A DNA stretch of 64,000 nucleotides from Vicugna vicugna (GCA_013265495.1 MU063570.1:12602357-12666356), one strand, 5' to 3'. Positions 51,431 through 64,000 are shown, counted from the first letter of the stretch. Notes: a model not told the origin generated them from the letters alone. Translations and numbers: made by a program.

Positions 51431-52379
51431 TTTGCTTTAACAGGGTATCTGATATTGTCATGCTAAAGAGTCAGAAACTAATGGGGAGAAATAGATTAAT
51501 TTGCTAGGTCATTTATTGAACAGTCTTGCCTGATACTTACAAACTAGAGAAATTAGTGTAAATTGTCAGTATGAATATTTTGATCAACATCTGTGACCCC
51601 TGAATTCAAACTGAGGAGGATGCAAACCCCAGTGCTTTTGACATTTCAGATGCACGAATCTTTGCTGGCCCTTTCCCATCTTCTAATGTGACAGAAGCTG
51701 ATTATAGCTCAGATAACCATATGTAGAATCTGCCCAAGAAATCCAGTTGATGCCACTTAATCTTGGTTTGGGCAAAAATTATATATTTGCCCTAATAATA
51801 CCTCTCAGGAACTGGGAGAAACTTAGAGATACCCAGCTTCCGTATAATTTTATTCTTTAGTCTCTATTCTCTTGACTACTTTCAAGCTCGTTCTCAAACA
51901 TTTACTGAAAACAAAGGCATGAAGCCATCTAAGGATGGAAAGCCATTTAAGTGAGGTTCTTTTCTCATTTGAGTTAGTAGCAATATAAACAATTTGCAGA
52001 TTTAACAAAAATCTTGAATATTTTTGAATCACAGATCAAACTGTTACACTGGCTTGTTTTGCTTCTGAAATAAATACCAAGATGAGGGTGGCATGTCAAT
52101 GGATGTCATTAGTTAAGTGAAAACAACTCGGGCTACTGCCCCCCAGAGTTTCTGCTTCAGTAAATATTTTACTTCCTCCTCGATTTTATCAAGTGACAGT
52201 GATTGTTTGGCAGTGTCAGAGCTCACTGCTTTGTGGACACCAGGAGCAGCTTGGAGCCTGAGGGGTGGAGGGTGGGAGTACATATTTCAAATAGATGAAC
52301 AGGTCTTGGCCTGCAGACTTGGCAATTGCTTAACTAGAATCTCAGTTGCAATTAGATTCTAATGGCAAATAAATATTGA

Positions 52380-52597
52380 TTCAATAAACACCTGTTTATT
52401 TAGTCCCTGTTGTGTGCCAGCCCCTCTTCTAGGTGCTTACAATTTCTAGGTGTTTAAAATATATCCGTACATGAAAAAGATAAAGATTCCTGCCCTTGTG
52501 CAGCTTACGTTCTAGCAGACATTAAACATAATAAATTATACAGTATGTTCATTGTAAGTGCTGTGGAAAAGTTAAAAGTAGAGCAGGGTGAAGGAGG
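52380..52597 (-). mobile_element. L2 3' end
   Basis: 'ttcaataaacacctgtttatttagtccctgttgtgtgccagc...aaagattcctgcccttgtgcagcttacgttctagcagac'. Confidence 0.75.
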
Positions 52598-52954
52598 TGT
52601 TGAAAGGTATTAAAACTGAGGCATATTAAAATGTGTAAAAGTTTATTTGAGCTGAAGTCGATTCAAATCAGGAAGCGCCAAATTAGAAGTGGTGAGGAGG
52701 GCTGCCCGACAGGAGCCGGGGGAGGGCTCTTCTAGAGAAGAGACAGAAGCAAAACAAGAAAATTACTTGATTGGCTATAGCCTGTACGTTTGCCTTATTT
52801 GGGACAGTATACTTGGCTGTCTGTAATTGGCTGTCCTGAGGTTTGAATTTCTTCATCTCAAAGCATTAACGCTTGGGTTTGGGTTTGCTTACATCGGTTG
52901 CTAAGGTATTAGGGCACCTCAATCTAGTGGTGTCTTTGTTTAATTAATTTAACA
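52598..52954 (-). mobile_element. Solo ERV1 LTR (MER67/MER31-like)
   Basis: TG...CA termini (tgttgaaag...aatttaaca); near-4-bp TSD gagg/cagg; motifs 'aagtttatttgagc', 'ttgattggctatagc', 'tttgccttatttgg'. Confidence 0.7.
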
Positions 52955-54409
52955 CAGGCTAGCAGGTAGGTCCTGTCCAGGCAAGGGGTTTATGAGCTGC
53001 GGATGCCTTAAAAATCCCACGCCTGTGGAGCCACCTCCCACCAGAGCAGGCCCACACCAAACACAAGCGACAGGTGAGGCCGTCACTCACCCGCAGACAC
53101 ATGAAGCTGCAGACCCACGAGAGGTGTGACATGAGTGGCAGCCACCACAGCTGGGTTTCTTTGCTGCACCAGCCCGGGCTGCCATGCCCAGTGGTTCTCT
53201 GTGTGTGTGTCTGTGAAAGAGTGCAGGGTGGAAGGTGGGCGACATGGTTAAGGCCCTCCAGTTCAGTTCAGGATTCCCAGCTAGAGTTCTGGCTTCCTTT
53301 TCTGCTTTGACCAGTGGTTCATCATGTAACCTGCAGCATGAGCTTATCTCTTCCTGACAATGGTCATCGTCACAGAATCACAAGGTACAGTTACTAAAAT
53401 GTCTGACCTGGTTGATGAGGAATTATTTATTGATGTTCTAAGAAGGACTAAGCCAGCGTTGTGAGTTCCTTAATACCCAAATACAAAACTACAGAATGTC
53501 CAAGTGTCCCCCATGTTTGGTCCATTTTATTCATTTAAAAATTATGGGTTTTTTTTCCTTCCTACATATGTTCTACACACAGGTAAATAGGAAGGATCAA
53601 GGCAAACACCCCCACATGCACCCCACCCCCCTCCAATTTTGGAGCACTCCTGGGAGAGAGAATAGACAAGCATTTCTTCTGTTCTTCAGAGTAAGTGCTA
53701 TGCTTCCTGCATCCCTGTAAAGATGATGTGATGTCATTGATTTGGTTGAAAAGCAAAGCAGATAGAGATTTGATTAGCCTTTCCACTCTTTAATGGGGAC
53801 TGAGATTAGGATTCCTGGCTTCCTTCCTGATTAGGGTTTGAGATGTGGAGCAGATCACTGAAGTGTGTCCACGCTCCCCAGCACAGGCAGCCATCCTGCC
53901 CAAATCATGATGTCTGTGTGTCCTTCTGTGGCTGCTTTCTTTCTGTTTGTGATCAGCAAAAGGAAGGAATGGATTTCTGATGGAGCAGATGCTGTGCTTA
54001 AGTGTGGAGAATACTTACCCTGGCAGAAACGCCCTGCCCATATGTCTAGGGCCAGGAAGGGGACTCCTGAGACTCAAAAGCATGAGGCTCAAGTCTTCCT
54101 CCAGGAAACCTGTTGCCCAGAAAGGCAGAGTGGGGCTGGCAGGAGGCCTGAGGCCCAGGACTCACACTAGAAACTCAGCAATAAGCTCAGAGTAGGAGGC
54201 ATAGCCCAGCAGCTGTTCTTTTTGTCTTGTCTCTAGGGCCCCTGACCCCTTATTTGCCACCATGATGATGAAGATGATCCTGACTTTCTATTGCCTTACC
54301 AACACAAAGGACTATGGAAGCTGTGTGAACTCTAGCAACTTTGGGTCCCAGATAGATGGTTTATTTCTGGTTTCATCTGCTCTCCAAACGTTAATGTTCC
54401 ATGGGTAAC

Positions 54410-54660
54410 TGTGAACATGGAATTAATAATTTTGAAAAATAAGTACTTCCCGGATGTTTACAATTCATCTGGTACTGTGATAAGTGTTTTTTATCACACT
54501 TGATCCTCATGCATTGTTTGAATTTAGTGCTATTATCCACACTACACAGATGAGGAAAATGAGCCTGGCTCACAGCACTGCAACTACCAGGATACAGAGT
54601 GAGGCTTTGAACTCAGAAAGGGTGGGTTCTAACAGCCAGGCCAAGTTCCCTGACTCTCCT
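54410..54660 (-). mobile_element. MIR SINE
   Basis: 'tattatccacactacacagatgaggaaaatgagcctggc...gaggctttgaactcag'. Confidence 0.65.
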
Positions 54661-55009
54661 GCTGAAAGCCTCTTCTGTTCTCCTGGTTGATGTGTGGTCG
54701 AAAGACATGCCTTGCAGCTGGGCCATGCTTTCTTAAGTTGCCTAATACATGTGTTTGACAACCTTTGCAGTAGATATAGTTCATCTAATTAACTAAACTG
54801 AAATTCAGTGATCAGCTCCAGTCAAGCAAACAAAATAATGCATTCCTATAATGGTAACAGTAGATTTGCTGTGATGACAGGAGTTGCTGCTTTGACAGTG
54901 GATTTTCTCATAGAAACCTTTAAGCAGTGTCACCAAACATTTTACACATGGGAAGTGGGCACAGAAGTGGGCAGTAGATAGAGAAGCCCTCAGAGGTACT
55001 CCTGTCCCC

Positions 55010-55420
55010 TGATCCAGCAATTCTACTTAAATTTATCCAAAGAACGTAATCAGAGATGTGATCGAAAACATATGTATATGTACATGTATCTGAATAAAAG
55101 GCTGTTCACAGCAGCATTATTTATAGTGATGAAAACTGGGAGGGGGGAAGCACTATATGACCAAATGTAGAGGATTGCTTAAATAAACTGTGGTACATTC
55201 AACTGAAAGAATATTTCAAAGCTGTTATTTTAGAAGTATGTTTAATAACATGGGGTAACAGCCATGACAGAATAAATGACAAAAGGTAGAATATAAAACT
55301 ACATATGATCGATCCCAGTATTTTAAGAAGATTGAGAATATGAACAACTTGAAACTGAATTTTTGGTTTAGTGAAATGGAGGATAGGTGTTAGGATTTTT
55401 TTCTGTAACAAAATCTGGAG
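55010..55420 (+). mobile_element. Old L1 (L1MC/ME-like) 3' region
   Basis: 'gatccagcaattctactt...gttcacagcagcattatttatagtgatgaaaactgg...ttaaataaactgtggtacattc'. Confidence 0.8.
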
Positions 55421-56599
55421 AAAAAGGTTCTAAGAAATAACCTAGAGAGAATCATAACTATGGGAGAAATACTTTCTCTCGTCAGCCTAAGTTCCTGGTG
55501 ACAGGATAGCTCAGTGTCGGCCTTAAAACTACTTTATGTTTCTCTTTAATTTTCTCCTTTACTTAGAACACACTTAACCTATAGTTATACTTGATAAAAG
55601 CTGATGGTTTTGCAATTTTGCGTTCTTTCAAAAGCAGTCTCTTTCAAAGAAAAGCAGAGATCTCTGTGCCGTTTGTGTAATGGTTGCTTCTTGCCAGATT
55701 CTTAAAACAAGTTGGTGAAGTGACTGACAGACTTTCCTGATCAGAAAATTGGCAGGTCAGAGATTCACTGCTGACTGGGAGGCAGGTGTCATAACTACCT
55801 TCCTTTCATGTGGCTGGAAAGAAGGCAATTTCTCTGTTACCCTAGGAATGAGAGAGAGGGAGAAAGTTCGAGCATTGGAGTGCTGAGCACAGCTCCAGGG
55901 ACCAAATGAGAAAGCCCAAGTCATCAGAATCATCTCTTACCAGGGGTGTCAAAACAGAAGGAAATGAGCTGGTTCTCTGACACGTGAGAAGACAGCTATG
56001 GAAGAGGACCATGCGTGTCCCCTAATTTTGACAAAGTGGGAAAATGTAAAAACCAAGAATCAGTTGAAGGAAGTCTTCACATCTCAGTAGAGTTAGAGTG
56101 GAGAGAGACCTGAGTAAGAAAGCTACCTAATTACATCTAGATATTTGGGCTAATCTTGCTTTCATAATTAATCATCTCTCTCAGAACACTTGAGTGGTTA
56201 GAAAATAAAGTCATAATTACTACCTGTGACCGCTTACCTGTTGGCAGTATGGCTCAACTGAGAGAAAAATATCCCAAAAGTAAAGGCAAATGGAGGGCTA
56301 GCCTTGTGAATCCAGCCGATCAAAGGATTAGAGACATCACACCTGTCTACCTGTCTAAGCCAAACCTGAGAAAATATGTAACCCACAAAGTCAGTGACAT
56401 ATAGGGGAGGCAGTTGGAACCATGTTACCCATGGAACGAAATGCTAACTTCTTAGCATTATGTTATACAAAATCTGACCCCAAATGCCTTTCCAGCTTCC
56501 TCTCCCTCTCAGTATCTCTCATCTCTGCAGGCATTCTGTTTTTTTCCCTTTACCCTGAGTCAGCCATGCACTTAAGGGAGTCAGAGCCTCAACCAGTTA

Positions 56600-56880
56600 C
56601 ATTCCCTTGGCTTGGAATGACCTGAAACGCTCTGCTTCTTTGCTCATCAAGATCACTCTCTGCTTTCCAGGTCCAGTCAGACACCGCCTCAGTCAGACAT
56701 GATCTGACTTCCCTTTCCTTACCTGTAGACTTTCATAGGTGCCCTCATCTCTTGTTTATTTCATTCTGCCTTACATTTGAGCTGGTTATTTATGTTTCTC
56801 TCCCCCGTTAGATTGTTACTCACCTGTGAATGCCTCTGACAGATGCCAAACCAGATGACCTCATACAGTAGTCATTAACA
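56600..56880 (+). mobile_element. L2 fragment
   Basis: 'ggaatgacctgaaacgctctgcttc...tttatgtttctctcccccgttagattg'. Confidence 0.5.
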
Positions 56881-57049
56881 CACACTGGCTGAATTTGGTC
56901 AAATATAGAATAGAATATGAATATTAAGATATGTGCAACCATGTTTTCCAGACCAAAAATGTTAAGAAATGTGACCTGGGGACAGAATATTTGAAATTAG
57001 ACTAGTCCTAAAAGACCCAGATTGCCAAGGCTGCTGCAATACCAACCCG

Positions 57050-57225
57050 TAATAACAGCTAACATATTTGAGTATTTGCTATATTCTGGACACCACACCA
57101 CGTTCTTTCCATATGACATCCCACTGGGTCATCGCAGCAACCTTATGAGGTTTAAGTACTATCATTATCCCTGTTTTGCTGATAGGAAACCAAGACTGGA
57201 GGCCCTTCTTAACCAGGAAACCAAA
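57050..57225 (-). mobile_element. MIR SINE
   Basis: 'aataacagctaacatatttgagtatttgctatattctgg...cagcaaccttatgagg...tattatccctgttttgctgataggaaac'. Confidence 0.85.
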
Positions 57226-57524
57226 GGGATGCTGGGTCTGCACCTTTCTCTGCAGGGTTTCTCCCTGGCCTTGGAGGAGGCCCTGGTGGGAGCTGATTGC
57301 CATCATTCATGCAGTATAGCTGGGTAGCTGCCTAATTCAGTCACAAGGAAGTGGGCCTCACAAAAGCACTAGTAGCTTTTGTAAACAGCTTCTCTGGTTC
57401 TGACATTGGTCAGGTATTACTGGCATTCAGCACTATTTGATGCTTTTCCTACTCTAGGGACGCTCTAGAGTCTATCAACTGTGAAGTGAGATGGGCTTCT
57501 TGTAAGTTAAATCATCATGCATAG

Positions 57525-58052
57525 GCATTAGGGTTCTCCAGAGAAAAGAATCAAGAGGATATAGATACTGATACACGTGTAGGAGGAGATCCATTATAGG
57601 AATTGGTTCACATGGTTATGAAGGCTGGGAAGCCCCACAATCTGCCATCTGCAAACTGGCCAACCAGGAAAGCTGGTGGTGTTATTCAGTCGCAGTCTCA
57701 AGGCCTGAGAATCAGGGGGGCTGATGGTCTGAGTCCCAGTCAGAGTCCAAAGCCCGAGAACCAGGAGTGCCAAGTCCAAGGGCAGGAGAGATGGCTGTCC
57801 CAGCTAAAACAGAGAGGGCGAATTGGCCCTTCCTCCACATTATTNNNNNNNNNNNNNNNNNNNNNNNNNNNNNNNNNNNNNNNNNNNNNNNNNNNNNNNN
57901 NNNNNNNNNNNNNNNNNNNNNNNNNNNNNNNNNNNNNNNNNNNNNNNNNNNNNNNNNNNNNNNNNNNNNNNNNNNNNNNNNNNNNNNNNNNNNNNNNNNN
58001 NNNNGCCAGTCAAGTAGGCCAATCAAGTCAACAGAGAAAATTAACCAGCACA
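57525..58052 (-). mobile_element. MLT2B-like ERVL LTR with an internal N-run
   Basis: 'attagggttctccagagaa...ggaattggttcacatggttatgaaggctgggaagccccacaatctgccatctgcaaactgg' and terminus 'aagtcaacagagaaaattaaccagcaca'. Confidence 0.92.
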
Positions 58053-58084
58053 GGATAACTAAAGGAAACACCATAGAAGAGATT

Positions 58085-59150
58085 AGTCTACACTTAGCAA
58101 ATATTTATTGAGCACACACTATGTGCCAGGTACTCAGTAGTCGATGGGGACAGGATGCTGAACAAAACAGAGATGGTCCCTAACCTCATGCCCAGGAGTC
58201 TAACACAAAGATAGACATTAGTGAAATAACTACACATATACATAATTACAGCCCAGGATGAAGACAGGTGTTAGGAAGGACGTGTACAGGTGGCCATGAA
58301 CAGGTATAGCCTAGCAAAGGGCAGGACAGTCGGGGAAGGCTTCTCAGAGATCTAGAAAACAAGGAGAAGGTAAGTAGGGCAGTATAGTTCCAGGACCAGC
58401 AGCATCAGCATCACCTGGTGACTTGTTAGAACTGCAGATGATCAGGTCCCACCCCAGACCCACTGAATCAAAAACTCTGGGAGTGGGGCCCAGCATTCTG
58501 GGTTTTATCCTAGCCCTCCAGATGATTGTGAAGGACCCTGAAGTCTGAGAACCACTGCAGCAGGAAATGAGGCAGGATGGGGTGGGACGGAGGGCAGGGC
58601 ATTCCAGCTTGGGGAAATAGTGTTTGAGGCCCCAAGGCTGGAGGAAGATGGCGAGAGGTGGAGGTGCCAGGAGGCCCCGCAGAGAGAATAGCAGGGTGGC
58701 ATGAGGCTGGGAGACACACCGGGGTGAGATTGCTTCAAGGCCCGTCATAGGGATGCTGCCCTCTGTCCTGAGAGCCATGAAAGCCACTGGGGAGTTTTAA
58801 GCAGGAATGGGATATACTCACACTGCATTGTGAAAACATCCTTCTGACCACAGAGGGGAGAACTAATAGAGCAAGTAGACATAAGCCCTCTAATTTGAAA
58901 GCTGATAGAATAGAGTGATAGGATATTGAGACAAAGGGAAGTGAATGGGATTGAAATATATTCCGGAGGTGACAATGGAAGGGCTTTAGCAAAATTCTGA
59001 AATAGGGACTGAGAGAGAAAGATGCTTCAGGATGGAGCCCTGCTTTCTGGCTTGTGAATCTAGACTGATGGTGGGGGTTTCTGTCGCTGAGATACAGAGG
59101 ATGAAGATCATGCAGTCCATTTGGATTGTATTAAGTTTGAGGAACCTTTG
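58085..59150 (-). mobile_element. L2 LINE interrupted by MER5A
   Basis: Tail 'agcaaatatttattgagcacacactatgtgccagg'; body 'gagccatgaaagccactggggagttttaagcagg'. Confidence 0.88.
58385..58560. mobile_element. MER5A MITE nested in L2
   Basis: 'ggaccagcagcatcagcatcacctggtgacttgttagaactgcagatg...actctgggagtggggcccagcattctg...gtctgagaaccactg'. Confidence 0.92.
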
Positions 59151-60944
59151 AGATACGATCTAGACCTTGGTAGAAACTGGATGGATGAAAGCTAGGAAAA
59201 AGTAATTTTGAGTGGGAGTTTTGGTAACTACCTGAGCCAAAGGATCAAAATGGAACTGAGTTTTCTGAGGTTTCTTTGCCTGTTTTCTTATTTATGTATG
59301 TATCCATTCATTTACTCATTCATTCTACCTATTACACCCTTCCCAGAACATGGAAGCATTTGAGATAGAGGAAGTTTAGTAGGAGAATGGGACCAGCTAT
59401 GGTAGATCTTGAATTCCTAGCTAATAATTTCGGACCACCATTGAAGGTAGGCAGGATTGCATCAAGTAGGTAGGTATGTTTTGGGAAGATGGACCTAGCA
59501 GTGTTATATGTAGGCAAGAAACTAGAGGAAGACCATCACAGTAAGTCTAAGGATGCTAAAGGACTACGTCATTCTTTCTAATTGAAATAAAAGTTTAGCA
59601 TGTGGGGACCACAATCAAATTCATATATATTCATTCACTATATTCCATGTATATAACTATGTATCTTTAACCTCTCTCTCCGTATAGGTTTGGGAATAGG
59701 AAAAGATAAACTTTGAGAGTGTGGAAACTAGGTCTTTTTCCCATTTCAGTTTTCATATTAGGTAGAAGTAGAGTGTTTTGTACGAGCTGATGTTAATGAG
59801 AAGTGAAAGACCCACACGTAGTAGGCACTCACAAATTTCTGTTAACTGGAATTGGACTGACGTCGTGGAGTAGCAAGGGAAGCAGCAGCTCCACACTGGA
59901 CCCCTCAAGGGGGAAGGGGAGAGCAGGGGGCCCTTGCATGAGAATCAGGACCTTGGTGACCCCCATCTGTTCCTCCTTCCCTCTCTCCCTCCCCCACTGC
60001 TGCCATGGCGACTTGTCTGGAATCGCAGTAAGCCTTACACCCCAGAGGAAACAATACTCTATCTGAACACTGGAAGTTGGCCTCTGAGGCTCTCGGTCTG
60101 CAGGCCCCATCCCCCACAATCAGGGGCTTCTTACAAAAGGCAGCTTTTTACCAGAGGGTCAGCGGCACTGCTGCTCATCGATTTGAGCCCATTTTATCCC
60201 TCAGCACCTTCCACTTGTTTGTTTTTGAACTGACACCACAGCCTCAATGCTGTTGGCCTCGCCATGGCAGAAAGTTACTGATGTGGCCGTCTGCATCCGT
60301 CTGTATCCCCTCCGCTCAGCCCCACAGAGCATCGGGCCTCTTTCTTTCTGGTGTCTTCTTGCCATTGCCGTTGACTCACCAGGCTGGGGCTGTTTGAGCT
60401 CAACTGAATTAGTAACAATGCAATCAACATCTCTATTTTTATCTTCGCTCCCCCCACCCTCTCTCCCCTCCCGACTGACTCACCATTTCTAGGTCTCAGC
60501 TTGGCAGCCTTGAATTATACGGGGGCTAAGGTGAATATATGCACAGATGTGATATTTCTACCATTCGATACGACAAGTGGTTTCTTTTTTCTTCTAGTGA
60601 CACAAGGGTTCACACGTTATAAGTGTTATTTATTATGTCATCCTTATTGTTGCTGTCTTACCACGCAAGCTATTGTTTATCTCTTGAGATCTAGGATAAA
60701 TTACAGGCAAGGGAGGGAGCCCTGATCTGAAGCTCATCTTCAGTTTTGAACTGAAACTTTTAACTTTATCCCAGTTGAATTCTGGAAGCCTGAGCTGGAA
60801 TCCATAAAAACAGAATATGACCTGTGAAAAATATTACTTGTAAAGATTGCACCATTGGTGCCAAATACCTTTTCCTATCTAGGCTTCTGATAATTATTAT
60901 ATCATTTGTTTATCATCATCACTTAATTTTATCATTTATAGAGA

Positions 60945-61205
60945 TGATGTAAATTAAGAGCCTGGGTTTTTGGAGTCTGGATTTGAATTCCACTCTGCCA
61001 CTTATTACCTGTAACCTTGGACTAGTTACTTGATTTCTTTGATTCTTAATTTTCCCTTCTATAAAATGGAGACTTTTTACCTCTCATACATACATCATAG
61101 TACGTATCTCATAGAATTATCTTGAGAATTAAATAAGCAGATGTTTATAAAGTGCTTAAAACAATGTCTTGCACATAGTAAGTTCTCAATAAATGTTGGC
61201 TTTTA
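60945..61205 (+). mobile_element. MIR SINE, near full length
   Basis: 'ttaagagcctgggtttttggagtctggatttgaattccactctgccacttattacctgtaaccttgg...gcacatagtaagttctcaataaatgttggc'. Confidence 0.9.
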
Positions 61206-62229
61206 TTATTCCATAGGCCATAATTACCTCTTTTAAGAGCAAAGATTCAGTCCTCAAAAGAGTTTTCTTTCAACAAGCACAATACACTTCAGGATTTTAC
61301 CTTCCCTTACTTCTGAATTTACAAGCCACCCATTTTATGGACACTTAGATAGACACCAAGTTACAGAACAGACCTCTTTGCCTTTCATCGAAAAGTCCAG
61401 CTTTCCCACTTTCCAATCTGCCTTGCCTATATGGCCAGAATTTTTCATCTCATTTCATCAAAATTAGGTTTGGGTTCTCATGTGGTCTAAATCCAAGTGC
61501 CCTTACTTCTTCTCCAAGTGACGATATTTTACAGATGGTGACTTTTCCTTAGCTTATCTGATGCTACCTCATTAGTCTCTAAACCCTAATGATACTCTTT
61601 CATTTCAATAACAGAGCCATGGAAACTGCATAGAAATCTCTCTGTGGAAGTTCTCCCTTTGTCTTCCAGCACTTGGATCCTTCTCTGACTTCCAGCCCTG
61701 CCCCCTTGACTGGAGGCGGGAAGGAAGGCCAGCTGCTGGGCTCACATGGCAACAGTCCACGGGAGGGTCCAGTGGAGCAGCCAATGGAGGGTCATGGAGC
61801 CCAGGTGCAGGTGGGATCCACAAAGTCCTCAGGAAACTCCCAGCAACTCTGAGAGCCCCCATATGATCACTCTGGCTGGTCAAGTCTAGGGTGGTTGTAC
61901 TGCCCACCTTTCAGAGCTATACCAAAAATTATCTGAACCACAGTTCACCACAATGCGGTTGTATCTACACAACAGCCACAAGTCAGGACTCAGAGAAGCT
62001 TAGGCACCAGCTTGTGGGCATTGAAATGTTCCCCTGGGACAGGAAACACCCTCAGGATGGCTTCCAAAGCCTGAGGGAATTAGACATATTCAGTATCCTT
62101 CATCCTGTGTAGGTGCTCAGTGGTAACTAGTCGGCTCTCTTGTTTTGTCACTGACTGCAGTGTCTATCACAGTAATATGGTTTCATAATCTGAGATGTCA
62201 CACAGTTCTGTACAATTTATATGATGGAA

Positions 62230-62501
62230 AGTGGCAACCCTGCCTACCCGACCCCTCTTCCCTTCCTGATGTCTGTTCCCCAAAGCTTTAACATATTCTA
62301 GCTGTTTCTGCTGGTATGAACCTCTGTATTTTTAAATAACGTGTTTCTCCAGTTATCTTTTGATTATCATGTTTTAGATATTACCTGTTGATGCCTTACC
62401 ATGGAAAATACGGATTTAGCTCACTTACCCTTCTACCTCTCCAACATGCTTCATCTTCCTCTCTCTTTCCAATTATCCTTATATCCCAACTTCTGGTGAA
62501 A

Positions 62502-62535
<34 letters not shown>

Positions 62536-64000
62536 TATCACTCCCAGGTTGGATCCCTGGTTCATGGATCCCAAGTCTTCTCAGGCTTGGCTTAGTCCTC
62601 ATTTTAGTGCAATGTATCCTCTAATAACTGCCTAAGAACTCATGAATTTACATGAGAGGTGAATTTTTGAGGCCTGCATGTATGAAAATAGCTTTATTCT
62701 TCTCTCTTATCTGACAGGATATAGGATTCTAGGCTATAAATAACTCTCAGAAGGAGTTTTGAAGCACTGAATGCATTTTCTTCTAGCTTTTAAGGTTGCT
62801 GTTAAAATGGCCGTTGCCATTCTAATTCCCACCTTTTGGAAACTTACAGAATTTTTTTAAATTCTTGACTTTCTGAAATTTCACAGTGATGTACCCTATT
62901 GTGGCTTTCTTTGTATTCGTTGTTCAGGGAATTTTCTAGGCCTTTTCAATATGGAAACTCATGTCCTTTAGTTCTGGGAAATCTTCTTGTGTGATTTTAC
63001 TGATAATTTCCTCCACTCTGTTTTCTCTTCTTCCTGAACTTCTTATTATTTGGATGTTGTACCTTCTGGACTGATCCTTTATTTTCTTATTTTTTTTTCT
63101 TCATTTTCCATCTCTTTGACTTTTGTTTTACTTTTCAAAAATTTCTTCACCTCACCTTCTTACTTTTAGTTTGATATTATTTCTCAACCATACTTTTAAT
63201 TTATAAAAGCTTTGTTTTAACTTTCTAAATGTTTATGCCATCTTGTTCTTAATTCATAGGTTCAATACATTTTTTCCAAGAATATATTAATGATTTTTTA
63301 AGTGTCCACCTGTTGCCTTTACTGTCTCTATTTTCTCTTGTTCATTTATTTGGACTCGGGATTTGATGTTAGAGGCTCTCCTCCAATGTGAGGAGATGTT
63401 GCCTGTATATTCAGTGTTAAGAGGAAAGTATTAACAGTAACTGGGAGTCCTATGTTTATATGTCTTTCAAGTGGTGATGATTGGCCTGGAACCCAGCCAT
63501 GGGACATCCAAGATCTGTTAGTCATTTCTCTTGGGCTGGTTAATTTCCCTTGAGAGGAGTCTGCTGATCTTCTGTCTAGGAGATATATGACTGGCTGCCG
63601 CGGTTCTTGAAGCCAAGTGAAGGAAGGATGTGGAGTAGGGTAAAGTTGTCTCACCACTGACTTGTAGATTTCCATTTAATTTCCTTATTTCCAGTATAGC
63701 AACCCCCTTCAACTTTGCTTTGTGTCCATGGGCCAGATCCCTCCGCTTCTACTTCTACAAAGAGGAAACCACCCACTCTTTCAGGCTGGAGAAGAAGTAG
63801 CTGCCTGGCCATGCATAGGAGGAAAAGGATCTCAGAGTCTAATGCTTTTTATACAGACTTTCAACCAACCCTCCTATATTTTAGCCCCATTTATACCACA
63901 TCGTCAGAAGTATCTAGTACCTCCAATTTCTGAGCTTTTAAAGATTCTTAATATATATTAGCTCCTTCTTAGCTTTCCCTTGTTGAAGTTTAGATTTTAG
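62230..64000 (-). mobile_element. HAL1 or old L1 ORF1-region element running off the window end
   Basis: T-rich antisense pattern 'ttctgaaatttcacagtgatgtaccct', 'ttttcaatatggaaactcatgtcctttagttctgggaaat', 'ttggatgttgtaccttctggactgatcc'. Confidence 0.75.
62504..62533. repeat. (GT)15 microsatellite
   Basis: Counted directly. Confidence 0.95.

Larger units (their letters stand above)
11147..58004. other. Nine N-runs: 11147-11278, 29901-30064, 33716-33847, 34992-35168, 35951-36098, 38166-38297, 43739-43902, 48281-48500, 57845-58004
   Basis: Seen directly; lengths 132, 164, 132, 177, 148, 132, 164, 220 and 160 bp. The span given only brackets the first and last run. Confidence 0.95.

Noticed and set aside
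57603-58058. 151-aa ORF and overlapping ORFs containing X runs
   Set aside because: Inside the MLT2B LTR and inflated by an N-run; the same applies to all X-containing ORFs
60372-60482. Two AP-1 heptamers (TGACTCA) about 100 bp apart
   Set aside because: The number of AP-1 sites seen in the window is near chance expectation
61548-61565. miR-21-like start (tagcttatctgatg) and miR-100-like acccgtaga at ~49601
   Set aside because: Only short partial matches; the rest of the mature sequence and the hairpin are absent
1-64000. Prokaryote-type systems (CRISPR arrays, operons, defence loci)
   Set aside because: Mammalian repeat-rich DNA; no spaced direct-repeat arrays or dense coding regions

Overview
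This is mammalian non-coding DNA, most likely from a camelid (alpaca, llama or camel). Seven copies of a short tRNA-derived SINE match the camelid Vic-1 type. The window also carries old eutherian repeats: MIR, L2, CR1/L3, L1M, HAL1, MER5/MER20/MER33/MER2/MER102-like DNA transposons, and MLT1, MLT2B and MER67-like LTRs. I can support no protein-coding gene. None of the ORF-track proteins resembles a family I recognise, and several arise from repeats, homopolymers or N-runs. There are no rRNA, tRNA or CRISPR features. The best-supported non-TE feature is a 3'-truncated 7SK retrocopy with a target-site duplication (TSD) at 16357-16583. Two CpG-rich promoter-like segments (~43.4-44.1 kb and ~50.5-51.4 kb) have oppositely oriented TATA-like boxes. 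The most interesting observations are a probable L1 3'-transduction inside an L2 (46.9-47.5 kb) and a speculative two-exon + strand transcript (TATA at 50747, exon with a perfect Kozak at 54262). Nine N-runs of 132-220 bp interrupt the sequence. Repeat families were assigned by eye from remembered consensus sequences. Boundaries without a TSD are approximate (about 20-50 bp). I see no strong evidence for a novel multi-gene system.
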